A DNA stretch of 64,000 nt from Candidatus Micrarchaeota archaeon (GCA_021852055.1 JAJZOD010000010.1:119548-183547); one strand, 5' to 3'. Shown: positions 1 to 8,999, counted from the stretch's first letter. Notes: generated by a model from the letters alone, not told the origin. Made by a program: numbers and translations.

Positions 1-62
1 TTGGGATTGTATATTATAGATCAAAATATTCACATACTCTCAAACATCCATTCATAGATTTA

Positions 63-806
63 TTGGGAGAAAAAATATTACAAACACTGAATTATACACA
101 CCCCCCAAGAGATGAATATTCCCTTGCATTTGCAATGATCATTGCTCCAATACGTACGAAAGTTATCGATGATATAACATCTGATTTTATTAAAGCTAAT
201 TATAGAGATGCAGTCATTATAAATCTGGGTTGTGGTCTTTGTACTCGGCTTGAAAGACTTCTTGCCGAAGATAAGCTTGACCCAAAGAATATAGTTTGGA
301 TAAACGTGGATCTTCAAAATATGATAAGTTTTAGGACTGCTTTGTGGAATACACTATCCCCACACACAGAAGGATTTTATTTGCCTGTTTCCTCTTCAGT
401 TTTTGATTTTGAATGGATTAAAATTGCCAAATCATATAAAAATAGGCCAATTTTACTTATAAGTGAGGGCTGCCTGTCTTATTATGAAGAAAAACAAATT
501 AAAATCTTTTTTGAGATTCTTAGAAAGAACTTTTCAAGTCTAAATATTCTTCTTACAGCGGTTCATCCAGAACTTAGAATAAGGGAATTAAGTAACAAAT
601 TAAAAACGACACCGAATCATAAATGGTTTGTTAAAAGTTCAGAAGAGGTAGTAGCGCTTAATTCTGATTTAAGGCTGATAAGTACTTCATCATTTTTGAA
701 TATGGAACTACTAAAGATAGAAAATATACCAAGTAATATTCTAGACTTAGCAGCATCATTGCCTCGAAATTATAGCACGGCAATAATGATGGCTCTAAGA
801 CATTGA
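63..806 (+). CDS. Class I SAM-dependent methyltransferase, leucine-carboxyl-methyltransferase (LCM/YktD)-like
   Basis: Motifs IINLGCGLCTR, WINVDL and LLISEGCLSY match the LCM family pattern (LGCGLDTR...D...EG.L.Y). AT-rich. TTG start uncertain. Confidence 0.7.
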   Translation: MGEKILQTLNYTHPPRDEYSLAFAMIIAPIRTKVIDDITSDFIKANYRDAVIINLGCGLCTRLERLLAEDKLDPKNIVWINVDLQNMISFRTALWNTLSPHTEGFYLPVSSSVFDFEWIKIAKSYKNRPILLISEGCLSYYEEKQIKIFFEILRKNFSSLNILLTAVHPELRIRELSNKLKTTPNHKWFVKSSEEVVALNSDLRLISTSSFLNMELLKIENIPSNILDLAASLPRNYSTAIMMALRH

Positions 807-821
807 TTTTATGTATATGAG

Positions 822-1010
822 ATAAGGGGGCTTCGCCCCTTTATAAACCCCACCACGTGCGTCCCCTCCCCCTACTTCGTAGGGAAATCCGGGTGCCTCA
901 AATCCATGCCACTCGCCGTCAAAGAGTCTTCTTCTTAGGAATAGATATATTTGCGTATCAAGGTGGAGTCAATTCCGTACTACGAACTAAAGCTCGTAGT
1001 ATACCTTGAC
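822..1010. mobile_element. Cluster of three strong hairpins resembling IS200/IS605-family ends (non-autonomous remnant or omega-RNA-like)
   Basis: Hairpins at 822-844 (ATAAGGGGGC-TTC-GCCCCTTTAT), 870-884 (CCCTAC-TTC-GTAGGG) and 978-1001 (TACTACGA-ACTAAAGC-TCGTAGTA), the last framed by GTCAA (968) and TTGAC (1010). A CTAAAG loop and GTCAA..CTTG frame are typical of IS200/IS605 ends. Confidence 0.45.
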
Positions 1011-1053
1011 CCCACACTCCCTGCAAATCAACTTAAATGCACAAACATACCAC

Positions 1054-1506
1054 TCATTCCTTTCTTGTCCAACCAAACTCTGAAAACTTAGACCTCTTAT
1101 GAATTTCACGTATTGCATGTTTCACATAATCCACTGTGTCAACTGGTAAATTACTAACCGTATACCACTTCAAGGCGGCGTTCTTGTCTGGCTCCATTCT
1201 TGTTATTTTACCTTTCCATCTATTACAACTGAAAAATAAATCCACTCGCTCTTCTCCATCAACAGGATCTTTTTTATGTAAGATATGCTCGAAGGTATAG
1301 TTTAACGGCAAAACACCAAGCTCTTCTTTCATTTCTCTTATCAGTGCTGTTGTAATAGATTCGTTTTTATCTACATGACCCGCAGGTACACTCCATTTAC
1401 CATCTTCATATCCCGTATTCACTCTACGTAACATAAGTAATTTATCGTGTCTCTCAAATAACATATGTACTGCCACCGGAACCTTAAATCTTTTTTTAGT
1501 TCTCAT
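1054..1506 (-). CDS. NUDIX hydrolase
   Basis: Nudix box PAGHVDKNESITTALIREMKEELG. ATG at 1506 follows a GAGGTG SD. Confidence 0.85.
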   Translation of the reverse strand: MRTKKRFKVPVAVHMLFERHDKLLMLRRVNTGYEDGKWSVPAGHVDKNESITTALIREMKEELGVLPLNYTFEHILHKKDPVDGEERVDLFFSCNRWKGKITRMEPDKNAALKWYTVSNLPVDTVDYVKHAIREIHKRSKFSEFGWTRKE

Positions 1507-1889
1507 ATTCACACCTCACATCCTTTCTGATAAACACCTATCTCTAAATATTGTTAACCCCTTAAGACCCATTTTTCTCGCAGCCCTAAAAGTTCTTTTT
1601 ATGTTTTGTTGATTTTTACATTATTTTGTTACAGTATACACAATAAGCTTTACAAGTTAAATAACTTCTTTTTTATGCTGTGTCCAATAATTCCACTATT
1701 TCCTAGGAGTATTTAACCCCTAGGACACAGTATGTTTTTGGCGACATAATGTATGCAGACAATAGAGATTGAAGTTTGTATAACCAGAAGTTGGTGAACA
1801 GGGGTAGGATAGTAACTATATTCCTAAAGGAAAAAACGTAGGCAGAGCCAGGTATAAGGCCACTTCGACATTGCCTTACGTGTGCGTAT

Positions 1890-2693
1890 TCAAGGTACGT
1901 TCTTCTGCGGTGTGAAATCAGAAGTGCTGCCTTTTCTCGCAACTATAAAATAATTATGTGCCCTGAAGTCAATATAGCCCTTCTTGGTAATTAGTTTATG
2001 AAGTTCAAAGAGTTTGTTGCGATACCGTTTCACTGAAAAACCAGGTAGTTGCCAGGGTATTGCATTTAGGTAGTATACTACGGCGCCGATGTCGAAGAAT
2101 CGATTGGTAGGATATGCTTCCTTTTTGGCCAATATCCCCAGACCAGCGCCTTCAAGCGCATTAACGGCGTTCTTCAAGTATCTATTGCTGTGTTTCACTC
2201 TAGCTCCAAGTAGCTCGTTTATCTTTGTTACGTAATATGCACCGACCTGCTGCGTTATGAACATGCCGCCGGGCTTTAAGATCCTGAAGATCTCGCTTGC
2301 AATATAACCCTCATGCCTGTTGATCACCAAGTCGAATTCTTCACCTCTGAAAGGCAACTTAGCGTCTCCAGTTATCCCATAAACCTTAACGCCAAGTGGC
2401 GCGAGCCTCTTCTTGGCAAGAGCAAGATTTGGCTTATAGCCCTCTGTGGCGCAGGCCTTTGGCGGCAGTGGCGCCATCAGCGAAAGTAGTTCGCCGCCGC
2501 CTGTCCCCATGTCAAGCATCGACTTCGACTGGCCCATCAGCTTTAAGACTTCTGTGTTATAACTCCACGGTAATGCACCATCCACTTCACGCACTGTTCT
2601 TGTAATGTACTCAAAGTTCCAGCCAGAGAACCTTGCTCTCTCCGCTCTCGCAACTAGCAACTCAAATGCTTCCTTCTCATTTAACTGCCTCAT
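1890..2693 (-). CDS. Class I SAM-dependent methyltransferase
   Basis: LDMGTGGGE motif I, LPFRGEEFDLVINRH and RILKPGG. Start moved to ATG 2693 because the ORF-track extension runs into the IS remnant. Confidence 0.85.
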   Translation of the reverse strand: MRQLNEKEAFELLVARAERARFSGWNFEYITRTVREVDGALPWSYNTEVLKLMGQSKSMLDMGTGGGELLSLMAPLPPKACATEGYKPNLALAKKRLAPLGVKVYGITGDAKLPFRGEEFDLVINRHEGYIASEIFRILKPGGMFITQQVGAYYVTKINELLGARVKHSNRYLKNAVNALEGAGLGILAKKEAYPTNRFFDIGAVVYYLNAIPWQLPGFSVKRYRNKLFELHKLITKKGYIDFRAHNYFIVARKGSTSDFTPQKNVP

Positions 2694-2725
2694 CTCTATT
2701 ACCGTTCTGTAGTATCCCGATTTAA

Positions 2726-2913
2726 TGTCCTCTCGATAAGATACTTTAATTATTTCACCTTTTATTTGTTTCGTATTCAACCGTCTTCCGTGTCATCTTC
2801 TCGAAATATGCAATATTCGGAGTGGTGCCAAGACTCGGATGTGGCATGTTGTTATAACACTCAACAACTTTATCCAAATCGGATAGCTGGCTTTTGATGT
2901 TTCGGGCTCTGCG
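2726..2913 (-). pseudogene. Remnant of an IS481/rve-type DDE transposase C-terminus with probable terminal repeat
   Basis: Minus frame 2913-2755 reads RRARNIKSQLSDLDKVVECYNNMPHPSLGTTPNIAYFEKMTRKTVEYETNKR*, matching the YN..RPH.SL...TP integrase-core tail. A TGT-starting end (TGTCCTCTCGATAAG) lies at 2726. Confidence 0.65.
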
Positions 2914-2923
2914 TCAGTTGGAA

Positions 2924-4081
2924 TTAACCGTTAAGGATCTGCGCATGTTTTACTGACTTGCCTGCAATGCGTTTCAATTTGTAGTCGCTGGACATAGATT
3001 TTATTACTTCAGGAAGGGCAGCTGTGCTCGGATTCTTTGAATTTATGCTGCATACATCCATGTAAGGCAGCAGAGAAAGCTCGTATGTGCCTATCTGCCT
3101 TGCAACTTTTATTATTTCTTCCTTATCAAATCCGGAAAGCGGCCGTATTATGGGATATTTTATCAAATAACCTTCTGAAAAAAGGTTCATAGGCGTCTGT
3201 GACGCTACCTGGCCTATGCTGTCTCCGGTGTATATAAGCTGTGCCCCTTCTTTGGCGGCTATTTTCTGTGCCACCAACAGCATGAAATGCTTCATCAGCA
3301 CAGTCTCGTATCTTCCGCTCCTTATGGCTGCAAGCTGGAAGTAATGTGAGGGCACAAGGTACATCTTATAATGCAGTGAGTACTCGTTGAGCTTCGAGGC
3401 TATATCAGTTATCTTTGAAAGCTCCTTTGCGCTTGCATCAGGATATCCGTACATGTGCACGTAAATAGGCATAAGGCCTCTCTTCATTGCATACCAGGCT
3501 GCAACAGGCGAGTCTATTCCTCCGGAAAGGAGCAGCACTGCTTTACCGCTGCTTCCTATCGGAAGACCGCCGGCACCCTTGGTGCTTCCTGTGCTGATAA
3601 ACGCGTTTTCTTTGGTGATGTTTATGTTTATCTCTGCATTAAAGTTCCTGTTTGACACTGCAATGCCGCGCTTTTTTGCATGCTCTGCTACTTCAGAGAT
3701 AACGTCCATAGAATTAAAATTCAGGCCCTTATATGACCTGTGGGACTGTATCCGCACCACAGAGTTGGAATCATATTTAGATAGGAATTTTGCTGCAAGT
3801 TTTTTGATAGATTTGAGCTCGGGTTTTGTTGCTTGCGATAATTCGAACCTGCTTATCCCGAATATGGTAGACAGCTTAATCTGTATTGCATTTATGTCAG
3901 AATTGGATCCAAGCCTTAAAAGCACCCTGTCGTATTCGCGAATTATCTTGACGTCTTCGCTGCTAAGCCGCGCCGAAATGTTGCTTATAAGCCTTTTTAT
4001 GTACTGGCCCCTGTTATTTCCCCTTAGCCACAATTCGCCGAACCGCACCGACACTACTGTCTCGTTCTCATCTAGCAGCAT
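2924..4081 (-). CDS. thiI: tRNA 4-thiouridine synthase ThiI (THUMP + PP-loop)
   Basis: VRFGELWLRG, LLSGGIDSPVAA, TGDSIGQVASQT and RPLSGFDKEEI. Start set at ATG 4081. Confidence 0.93.
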   Translation of the reverse strand: MLLDENETVVSVRFGELWLRGNNRGQYIKRLISNISARLSSEDVKIIREYDRVLLRLGSNSDINAIQIKLSTIFGISRFELSQATKPELKSIKKLAAKFLSKYDSNSVVRIQSHRSYKGLNFNSMDVISEVAEHAKKRGIAVSNRNFNAEININITKENAFISTGSTKGAGGLPIGSSGKAVLLLSGGIDSPVAAWYAMKRGLMPIYVHMYGYPDASAKELSKITDIASKLNEYSLHYKMYLVPSHYFQLAAIRSGRYETVLMKHFMLLVAQKIAAKEGAQLIYTGDSIGQVASQTPMNLFSEGYLIKYPIIRPLSGFDKEEIIKVARQIGTYELSLLPYMDVCSINSKNPSTAALPEVIKSMSSDYKLKRIAGKSVKHAQILNG

Positions 4082-4173
4082 GTTAAAGCCCTGGAATCTG
4101 CGCGGCGCAGGATATGGCTGAAAATAGCAGACAGACATAATGATTAAAAGAAAGCAGTTCATGTGGCTTATGC

Positions 4174-4320
4174 TTACTCATTTTCACGGTATTTCCTGTT
4201 TTGCAGAACATTCAAGCGATAGCATCTCTTGCTGCAGTAATACCTAATGACACCTGTCTTCTTGACGAAGATAAATCCTGTGCCTTGTTCTATCTCTGCT
4301 GTGCAGTATGTGCATTTCAT
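4174..4320 (-). CDS. rpl24e: 50S ribosomal protein L24e (48 aa, below ORF-track cutoff)
   Basis: Manual translation MKCTYCTAEIEQGTGFIFVKKTGVIRYYCSKRCYRLNVLQNRKYRENE*. Has CxxC..G.G....K..G....CSxKC and lies directly after S28e. Confidence 0.92.
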   Translation of the reverse strand: MKCTYCTAEIEQGTGFIFVKKTGVIRYYCSKRCYRLNVLQNRKYRENE

Positions 4321-4644
4321 TTATCTCGCCATTATCTTTTTGTCCTCTCTGCTTGTATCGGGAAGCCGTATTATGTCGCCTTTCTTTATCTTTCCGGCTA
4401 TGTTTCTTCGTATGACACGGCCTTTGTCCTTGCCTTCCATAATCTTGCACATCGCCTGCTTAATCTCTCCATAAATTCCTGTACGGCCGTGGACTACATC
4501 GACTACCTGCGCCAGCCATCCTTCAAATAGCTTATCATCGCCTGTGCCTGCTGGCCTCTGTTCCTCATGCTTGACCGCTTTTTCAGGCACGTTTGCTGTT
4601 GTGTTTTCGATTGCAGCTTTTTCGTTTTCTTCAGCTTTAGGCAT
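4321..4644 (-). CDS. rps28e: 30S ribosomal protein S28e with N-terminal extension
   Basis: AQVVDVVHGRTGIYGE...GRVIRRNIAGKIKKGDII core, in canonical L7Ae-S28e-L24e order. Confidence 0.9.
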   Translation of the reverse strand: MPKAEENEKAAIENTTANVPEKAVKHEEQRPAGTGDDKLFEGWLAQVVDVVHGRTGIYGEIKQAMCKIMEGKDKGRVIRRNIAGKIKKGDIIRLPDTSREDKKIMAR

Positions 4645-4673
4645 ATACCTCACAGGCTTAATTTATTTTGATA

Positions 4674-5159
4674 TCACTCTTTCTTCTCTGTCTTCTCGGC
4701 TCCGGCCTCGTGGCCTTTTGCCTTCTCGGCCTTCGGCTTCTCATGTTTTACTTCTGCATGTTTCGCTTCTGCGCCTGCCTTTTCTTGGGCTGGCTGCGAC
4801 TTGCCCGTTATGCGCGATACCACATCGGATATGGCAGCCTGAGCCTCGCCCTGTTTCTCTATGGCTACAGAAGAGCATGGAACATTCATGCCCAAGGCTT
4901 TTCCTAGATCCAGCTTTGCTGGGACATAAACATAGTTTATCTTTTTCTGCTCGCATAACTGCGGTATGTGCATGACTACTTCCTCAGGTTCAACATCTCC
5001 TGCTATGACTACAAGGGATGAAAGGCCACGCTCTACGCTTTTTGTTACCTCGTTGACGCCCTTTCTTACTGTGCCGCTCTGCCTGGCAAGCCTCACGGCT
5101 TCAAGTGCCTTGTCTGATACTTCTTTGCTTACTTCGAATTTCACATAAGATTTTGCCAT
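4674..5159 (-). CDS. rpl7ae: Ribosomal protein L7Ae with C-terminal extension
   Basis: VRKGVNEVTKSVERG, LVVIAGDVEPEEVVMHIP and LGKALG. Confidence 0.95.
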   Translation of the reverse strand: MAKSYVKFEVSKEVSDKALEAVRLARQSGTVRKGVNEVTKSVERGLSSLVVIAGDVEPEEVVMHIPQLCEQKKINYVYVPAKLDLGKALGMNVPCSSVAIEKQGEAQAAISDVVSRITGKSQPAQEKAGAEAKHAEVKHEKPKAEKAKGHEAGAEKTEKKE

Positions 5160-5223
5160 TTTATTACCTCATCTCATTGGTTTGTCTTAGCATATACTTG
5201 TACATAATATTAAACCTTTCCTG

Positions 5224-7416
5224 TCAGTCCATAAAATCGCTAGCTTTCGGAGGTTCAGGAGGCTGGCCTTTGCGCTTGCGTATCTCGCGCACTACCTTGT
5301 CCTGCAGCTCTTTAGGCAGCTTTTCATAGCCTGCATACTCCGGGTACCATATTGCTTTTCCACTGGTTATTCCGCGTATCTCATTCGAGAAGCCTTTTAT
5401 CACTTCGGCAACAGGCATCTTTGCTATTATTGTTGCCTGCTCATTCTCCTGCTGTATTTCGAGCACCTGTCCGCGTTTTCCCTGCACAAACGTTATTATC
5501 TCCGATAAATAGTCCTGTGGTATGTTTATCGTGAACCTCTGCTTAGGCTCCATCAGGCTTACACCTGAAGTGAGCATGCCTGCATATATCGGATGCTTTA
5601 TTGCGGGTATGACCTGTGCAGGGCCCCTGTGAACAGGATCCTCGTGAATCTTTGCATCTGTTATGAGCACCTTGAGCCCAGATACACGCTCTCTGGCAAG
5701 AGGGCCGTCCCTTACCGATTCTTCGAATCCCTTTATTAGAAGCTCCATTACCTCGTTAAGGTACTGCACTCCGTGTGTCGCATCTATAAGCATGCTGTTG
5801 TTTGAAACATCTACAAGGCCCTTTGCCTCCTCCCTTGACATGCCTGCCTTCACAAGCACCTCTACATGCGCTTTGCCTTTCGGCTTGCCTTCACGTATCT
5901 CGCCTGATTCTATAAGCTCGACAACGCTTGGTTCAAGAGGCTTTATGTCTACATAAAACCGCGAGTGCCTGTTCTGCGTCTTGCCCTCTACGTTCTTTGT
6001 CTCATTCTCTATCGTTTCCCTGTAGAGCACTATCGGTTCGCTTGTTGTTATTGGTATTTTGTAATCGTCGCGTATCTTTGTCTCTATTATCTCTAGGTGC
6101 AGCTCTCCCATGCCGCTGACAAGATGCTCACCTGTTTCCTGGTTGAGCTCTACACGTATTGTCTGGTCCTCTTTCGAAAGTTCGCGCAGCGCCTCTATAA
6201 GCTTCATTAGGTCGCGAGTGTCCTTTGCATCTATCGCCTTTGTCACCACAGGCTGCGAGTAGTGCTTTATCTGCTCAAAAGGCTCTATGTTGTTTTCGCT
6301 TACTGTGTCGCCTATTGAAACATTCTTGAGGCCTACTACTGCAGCTATGTTTCCTGCAGAGATGCTTTCGACAGGAACCCTCTCCGGACCCATATATATG
6401 CCTACCTGCGACACCCTCTGCTGGTCAGGAATTCCTGTAGCATATATCAGTGTGCCTTTCTTTATAGTGCCTGAGAACACCCTGCCTATTGCTATCTCGC
6501 CGCTGTGCTGGTCATTAGCAACTCCGAATATAATCATATTGACTTTCGCATCTGGATTTACAGTTGTCATTGCCTTGCCGTCTTCTGTTGCAAGGTCGCC
6601 ATGCCATAGCCTCGGGAGGCGGTACGGCTGCGCTTCGCTCGGGCTGGGCAGGTGCTCTATCATCATGGATAAGGTAGCTTCGTCTATGGGCGCAACCTGC
6701 TGCAGCTTCGCTTCGTCCTGCTCCTTGGTAAGCTTGAATATGTCTTTGAATGTCACCTTGTATTTCTGCATTATTTTAGTTGAGATTGCCCATTTCTTAT
6801 ACGCAGATCCGAAGCAGACACTGCCGTTCTCAACGCTTACTGCCCACTTCTCCTTGTACTCTTCTGGCGCAAAGCGCGTAATCATCTTGTTTATGTCATT
6901 GATAAGCTTAAGGAGGCGCTCGAACGTCTGCTCCTCTGTAAGCCTTAACTCGTTAAGAAGCCGATCTGTTTTGTTGACAAAAAGGACTGGCTTTGCGCGC
7001 TCCTGGAGTGCCTGGCGCAGCACAGTCTCTGTCTGTGGCATTATGCCCTCTACAGGATCCACGACAAGCACTACACCGTCAACTGCGCGCATGGATCTCG
7101 TAACGTGCCCTCCGAAGTCGACGTGCCCCGGAGTATCTATAAGGTTTATTATGTAGTCCTTGTCATTGTAGTTAAACGACAGAGAGATGTCTGCAGACTT
7201 TATCGTCATTCTCCTGTCTTTTTCTATAGCTTCGTAGTTTGTGTACAGCACATCCCCGGCAACGCTTTTTGATATTATGCCTGCACGCGCTAGAAGCGAG
7301 TCGGTAAGCGTTGTCTTTCCGTGGTGAACATGGGCTATTATAGCAACGTTGCGTATCCTTTCTGTATCGCGCATTATCTTTACTACTTCTTCAGCCACGA
7401 ACTCTTTTCTTACCAT
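5224..7416 (-). CDS. fusA: Archaeal elongation factor EF-2
   Basis: IDTPGHVDFGG, NKTD, GMGELHLE and the diphthamide loop IHEDPVHRGPAQ. G1 reads AHVHHGKTT. Confidence 0.96.
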   Translation of the reverse strand: MVRKEFVAEEVVKIMRDTERIRNVAIIAHVHHGKTTLTDSLLARAGIISKSVAGDVLYTNYEAIEKDRRMTIKSADISLSFNYNDKDYIINLIDTPGHVDFGGHVTRSMRAVDGVVLVVDPVEGIMPQTETVLRQALQERAKPVLFVNKTDRLLNELRLTEEQTFERLLKLINDINKMITRFAPEEYKEKWAVSVENGSVCFGSAYKKWAISTKIMQKYKVTFKDIFKLTKEQDEAKLQQVAPIDEATLSMMIEHLPSPSEAQPYRLPRLWHGDLATEDGKAMTTVNPDAKVNMIIFGVANDQHSGEIAIGRVFSGTIKKGTLIYATGIPDQQRVSQVGIYMGPERVPVESISAGNIAAVVGLKNVSIGDTVSENNIEPFEQIKHYSQPVVTKAIDAKDTRDLMKLIEALRELSKEDQTIRVELNQETGEHLVSGMGELHLEIIETKIRDDYKIPITTSEPIVLYRETIENETKNVEGKTQNRHSRFYVDIKPLEPSVVELIESGEIREGKPKGKAHVEVLVKAGMSREEAKGLVDVSNNSMLIDATHGVQYLNEVMELLIKGFEESVRDGPLARERVSGLKVLITDAKIHEDPVHRGPAQVIPAIKHPIYAGMLTSGVSLMEPKQRFTINIPQDYLSEIITFVQGKRGQVLEIQQENEQATIIAKMPVAEVIKGFSNEIRGITSGKAIWYPEYAGYEKLPKELQDKVVREIRKRKGQPPEPPKASDFMD

Positions 7417-7471
7417 ACCATTAACCTTTTTATGTTCCAGTTTTCATGCAGCTTCCTGGATCTGCGTTGAA

Positions 7472-8248
7472 CTACCTTGCGCGCTTTGCTATGCGCTCGC
7501 CTTCTATGCGCTTCTTTATAGCATAGCTCTCTGGAGCCTTGTCTGCAGCCATGAGCAACTCATCTGCAAGCGCATCTGCAAGCTTCCTCCTTTTATTGAA
7601 TGCATTTATAAGTGCCGCGAGCGCTATGTTGCGGAGAGCAACGTCAACGCGCCTGTTGGAGCTTATCCCGACAGCTACGTTGTAGGATATGCCTCCGTAT
7701 CTGACCCTTGTGGTGTCTTCTATCGGCGCTGCATTCTGCAGAGCATCGACAAACACTTGCACCGGATTTCTTGAGCTTTTTTTGTTTATAATGTCAAATG
7801 CATCCTCTACTATGTGCATTACCTTCAGCTTCTTGCCCTGAAGCCTTCCTTCTGTCCTTATGAATTTTCCTCCTACCTTCTTGCCAGTGCCGCCGCGCAT
7901 GAGCTTGTTTATGAAGCGCTCTATTATGTTGCTGTGCGCATTGTAATACGCCTGATTCTTCCTGCGCCCGAACAGATTCGGATACGGCTGTTTATTGAAT
8001 TTTATATAATCGGCAATGCTTAGGTCGTTTACCTTAACAGATGCAACATCATACTTTCCAAAAAGCATTACGCCGCCTTCCTTGGATGGCGCCGCTGCCT
8101 GCGCCTCTTCTCCAGATGCAGTGTCGTTGGCTGCTGCAGGCCTTGTTCTTTTTCTTGGTGCTGAAGGCTTTGGCTGAGGCGCTGCTGCCTGCTCTGCCGT
8201 CTGTGCAACTGTCGGAGTGTTTATTATTTTGTTAAGTTCATCAGCCAT
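7472..8248 (-). CDS. rps7: 30S ribosomal protein S7 with N-terminal extension
   Basis: IIERFINKLMR, NPVQVFVDALQNAAP.E.TTRVRYGG and EGERIAKRAR. Confidence 0.95.
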   Translation of the reverse strand: MADELNKIINTPTVAQTAEQAAAPQPKPSAPRKRTRPAAANDTASGEEAQAAAPSKEGGVMLFGKYDVASVKVNDLSIADYIKFNKQPYPNLFGRRKNQAYYNAHSNIIERFINKLMRGGTGKKVGGKFIRTEGRLQGKKLKVMHIVEDAFDIINKKSSRNPVQVFVDALQNAAPIEDTTRVRYGGISYNVAVGISSNRRVDVALRNIALAALINAFNKRRKLADALADELLMAADKAPESYAIKKRIEGERIAKRAR

Positions 8249-8258
8249 TTAATGCCAC

Positions 8259-8696
8259 CTATCTCTTGGGCTTCTCCTTCTTGCCCTTGACTACCTGGAA
8301 TATATCAGCGCCGTTTACAGCTATGACTTTGTACTTCAAGCCTGGTATGCAACCCATCTGGCCGCGCTGCGATCCGCCAAGGCCCTGTATAGTTACCTCA
8401 TCGTGCTCTTCAATTGTATTTATTGAGCCGTCATATGGAACGAATGCGCCCACTACCTTGCCATTTTTTATAAGCTGCACACGCACGCATTTTATAAGGC
8501 CCGAATGGGGCTGCTTTTGCTGCAATACAAACTTCTGAAGAACCAGCGCCTTCGCCATAGGCACGCAGCCTACAGGATCATATTTTTGCTTAAGCTTGAA
8601 ATACCTCCTCTTCCACCATTTCTTAAGCAGCCTCTGCCGTTTCCTCTTCCTCATGAGCTCTTTTGCTGCAAATTCTCCTTTTGGCAATATACGCAC
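8259..8696 (-). CDS. rps12: 30S ribosomal protein S12 (uS12)
   Basis: KQPHSGLIKCVRVQLIKNGK and IEEHDEVTIQG. The real start may be TTG 8687 after a GGTG SD. Confidence 0.95.
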   Translation of the reverse strand: MRILPKGEFAAKELMRKRKRQRLLKKWWKRRYFKLKQKYDPVGCVPMAKALVLQKFVLQQKQPHSGLIKCVRVQLIKNGKVVGAFVPYDGSINTIEEHDEVTIQGLGGSQRGQMGCIPGLKYKVIAVNGADIFQVVKGKKEKPKR

Positions 8697-8999
8697 CTAT
8701 GTGTACTCCTTTTCCAGTATGTTGGAATTTCCTGGTTCAAGTATGGCAAAAACATTAACAGAAAAGGGCTTTCCGCAGAGCGCTCCGAGCTCTATTGAAT
8801 TGCCGTTGAACTTTATGATTTTTATTGATGATATCTCTGATATGTGCAGCATGTCGCCGACTATGTCATGCTTTCCGTTCATTGCTACAACTACCGCTTT
8901 TGCATCTGCACTGCTTACTGTGCGCATGACCTCTCTATTGCCGAACACCACTTTGCCGGTGTCTATTGCAAGTCTGAGGTCGGTGTTCAAATCACTCAT
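8697..8999 (-). CDS. rpl30e: 50S ribosomal protein L30e
   Basis: LAIDTGKVVFG and NSIELGALCGKPFSV...GNSNIL. Confidence 0.95.
   Translation of the reverse strand: MSDLNTDLRLAIDTGKVVFGNREVMRTVSSADAKAVVVAMNGKHDIVGDMLHISEISSIKIIKFNGNSIELGALCGKPFSVNVFAILEPGNSNILEKEYT

Noticed and set aside
2694-2780. 29-aa N-terminal extension of the methyltransferase in the ORF track
   Set aside because: It overlaps the IS remnant and its terminal repeat, and a good ATG exists at 2693.
4244-4450. 68-aa ORF downstream of S28e
   Set aside because: Wrong frame; the real gene is L24e at 4174-4320.
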